Positions 4,798 to 5,138 of a stretch of DNA of 5,138 nt are shown here, piece after piece (position 1 is the first letter of the stretch; each line of letters starts with the position of its first letter). The notes under the pieces are model-generated. The model was not told the DNA's origin and did not search any database. It was given only the letters and a program-made list of their open reading frames with translations. The position numbers and the translations under genes are program-made. The stretch comes from Adineta steineri (lineage: Eukaryota): NCBI GenBank assembly GCA_905250035.1, contig CAJNOE010000057.1:339772-344909 (forward strand). The letters run 5' to 3'.

Positions 4798-5138
4798 ATG
4801 GGTTCTAGTCCTTCACGAATACGACGATCATCTCATCTCATCTCTATTTCTCGATTTAATCATTCTCCAGGCAATTTATCGAATCAATACCGTTCTAATA
4901 CTGTTTGTCCTTATTGCTATCGACTCACAAGAGGTAACGAAAATGTCGATGATGCTTTTCAAATTACTTTACAGAAATTATTTCCTGGAGCGTATGGACT
5001 TGAAGAATTTGTTTTTCAAACAAAACAAACGTTGGTTCCGAAAGGTTTCTATCCTCATGTGAATACTTTGGTATGTATTGGTTTGTGTCGTGATGAAATC
5101 ACAAGTCCTTTCGAAGAAAAAATTGAAGCTATGTGGGG
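4798..5138 (+). CDS. 5' part of a protein-coding gene (113 codons, open to the window edge); uncharacterised protein with an N-myristoylation-type start
   Basis: The ATG context is AAAATGG (A at -3, G at +4), with an in-frame TGA upstream at 4771-4773. Translation is MGSSPSRIRRSSHLISISRFNHSPGNLSNQYRSNTVCPYCYRLTRGNENVDDAFQITLQKLFPGAYGLEEFVFQTKQTLVPKGFYPHVNTLVCIGLCRDEITSPFEEKIEAMW. The composition is protein-like and GC-richer than the flanks. It is absent from the ORF track only because no stop lies inside the window. Confidence 0.75.
   Translation, partial: MGSSPSRIRRSSHLISISRFNHSPGNLSNQYRSNTVCPYCYRLTRGNENVDDAFQITLQKLFPGAYGLEEFVFQTKQTLVPKGFYPHVNTLVCIGLCRDEITSPFEEKIEAMW

Noticed and set aside
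5071-5105. GTATGT at 5071 as an intron donor inside the last CDS
   Set aside because: The only in-window AG at a usable position (5104-5105) would give a 35-nt intron, much shorter than the 55-nt one seen here. The read-through stays open and encodes a sensible hydrophobic strand plus the LCRDE motif. A donor whose acceptor lies beyond the window cannot be excluded.
1-5138. Prokaryotic features: CRISPR arrays, defence or toxin-antitoxin operons, IS elements, integrons, tRNA/rRNA genes
   Set aside because: There are no direct-repeat/spacer arrays, no tightly packed co-directional ORFs, no transposase- or integrase-like ORFs, and no tRNA-like T-arm or anticodon structures. The gene structure is eukaryotic, with introns, long AT-rich spacers and poly(A) signals.

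Overview
This window looks eukaryotic, not prokaryotic. It is very AT-rich by eye, with small GC-richer islands, and I see no operon structure, CRISPR array, tRNA or rRNA. At least one short spliceosomal-type intron (GTATGT...TTTTAG, 55 nt) is needed to complete a gene. The supplied ORF track uses bacterial rules (for example a GTG start at 4218), so most of its small ORFs are AT-driven noise.

Two gene calls are solid:
- A two-exon, 309-aa class-A (rhodopsin-like) orphan 7TM receptor on the + strand (2723-3541 and 3597-3707).
- The 5' part of a + strand gene that starts at 4798 and runs off the right edge. Its product has an N-myristoylation-type MGSSPS start, a CPYC motif and an LCRDE motif.

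Weaker candidates:
- A possible 3'-terminal exon at 1551-1751 (+).
- A possible exon at about 4215-4399.
- An 11-codon first-exon candidate on the minus strand at 248-280.

Structures not explained by genes:
- A (TGTGGG)n telomere-like tract that is also a canonical G-quadruplex motif. It sits inside a perfect 16-bp foldback (660-717).
- A roughly 200-bp GC-richer block at the left edge, saturated with GGAAT/ATTCC pentamers and open in one frame on each strand.
- Perfect CRE palindromes upstream of the receptor gene.
- Several smaller palindromes and hairpins.

The TGTGGG repeat, the short introns, the AT-richness and the receptor's N-terminal architecture together suggest a bdelloid rotifer. 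That is inference only. I found no evidence for a new multi-gene system here, and the items above are single-locus curiosities that need database or RNA evidence.
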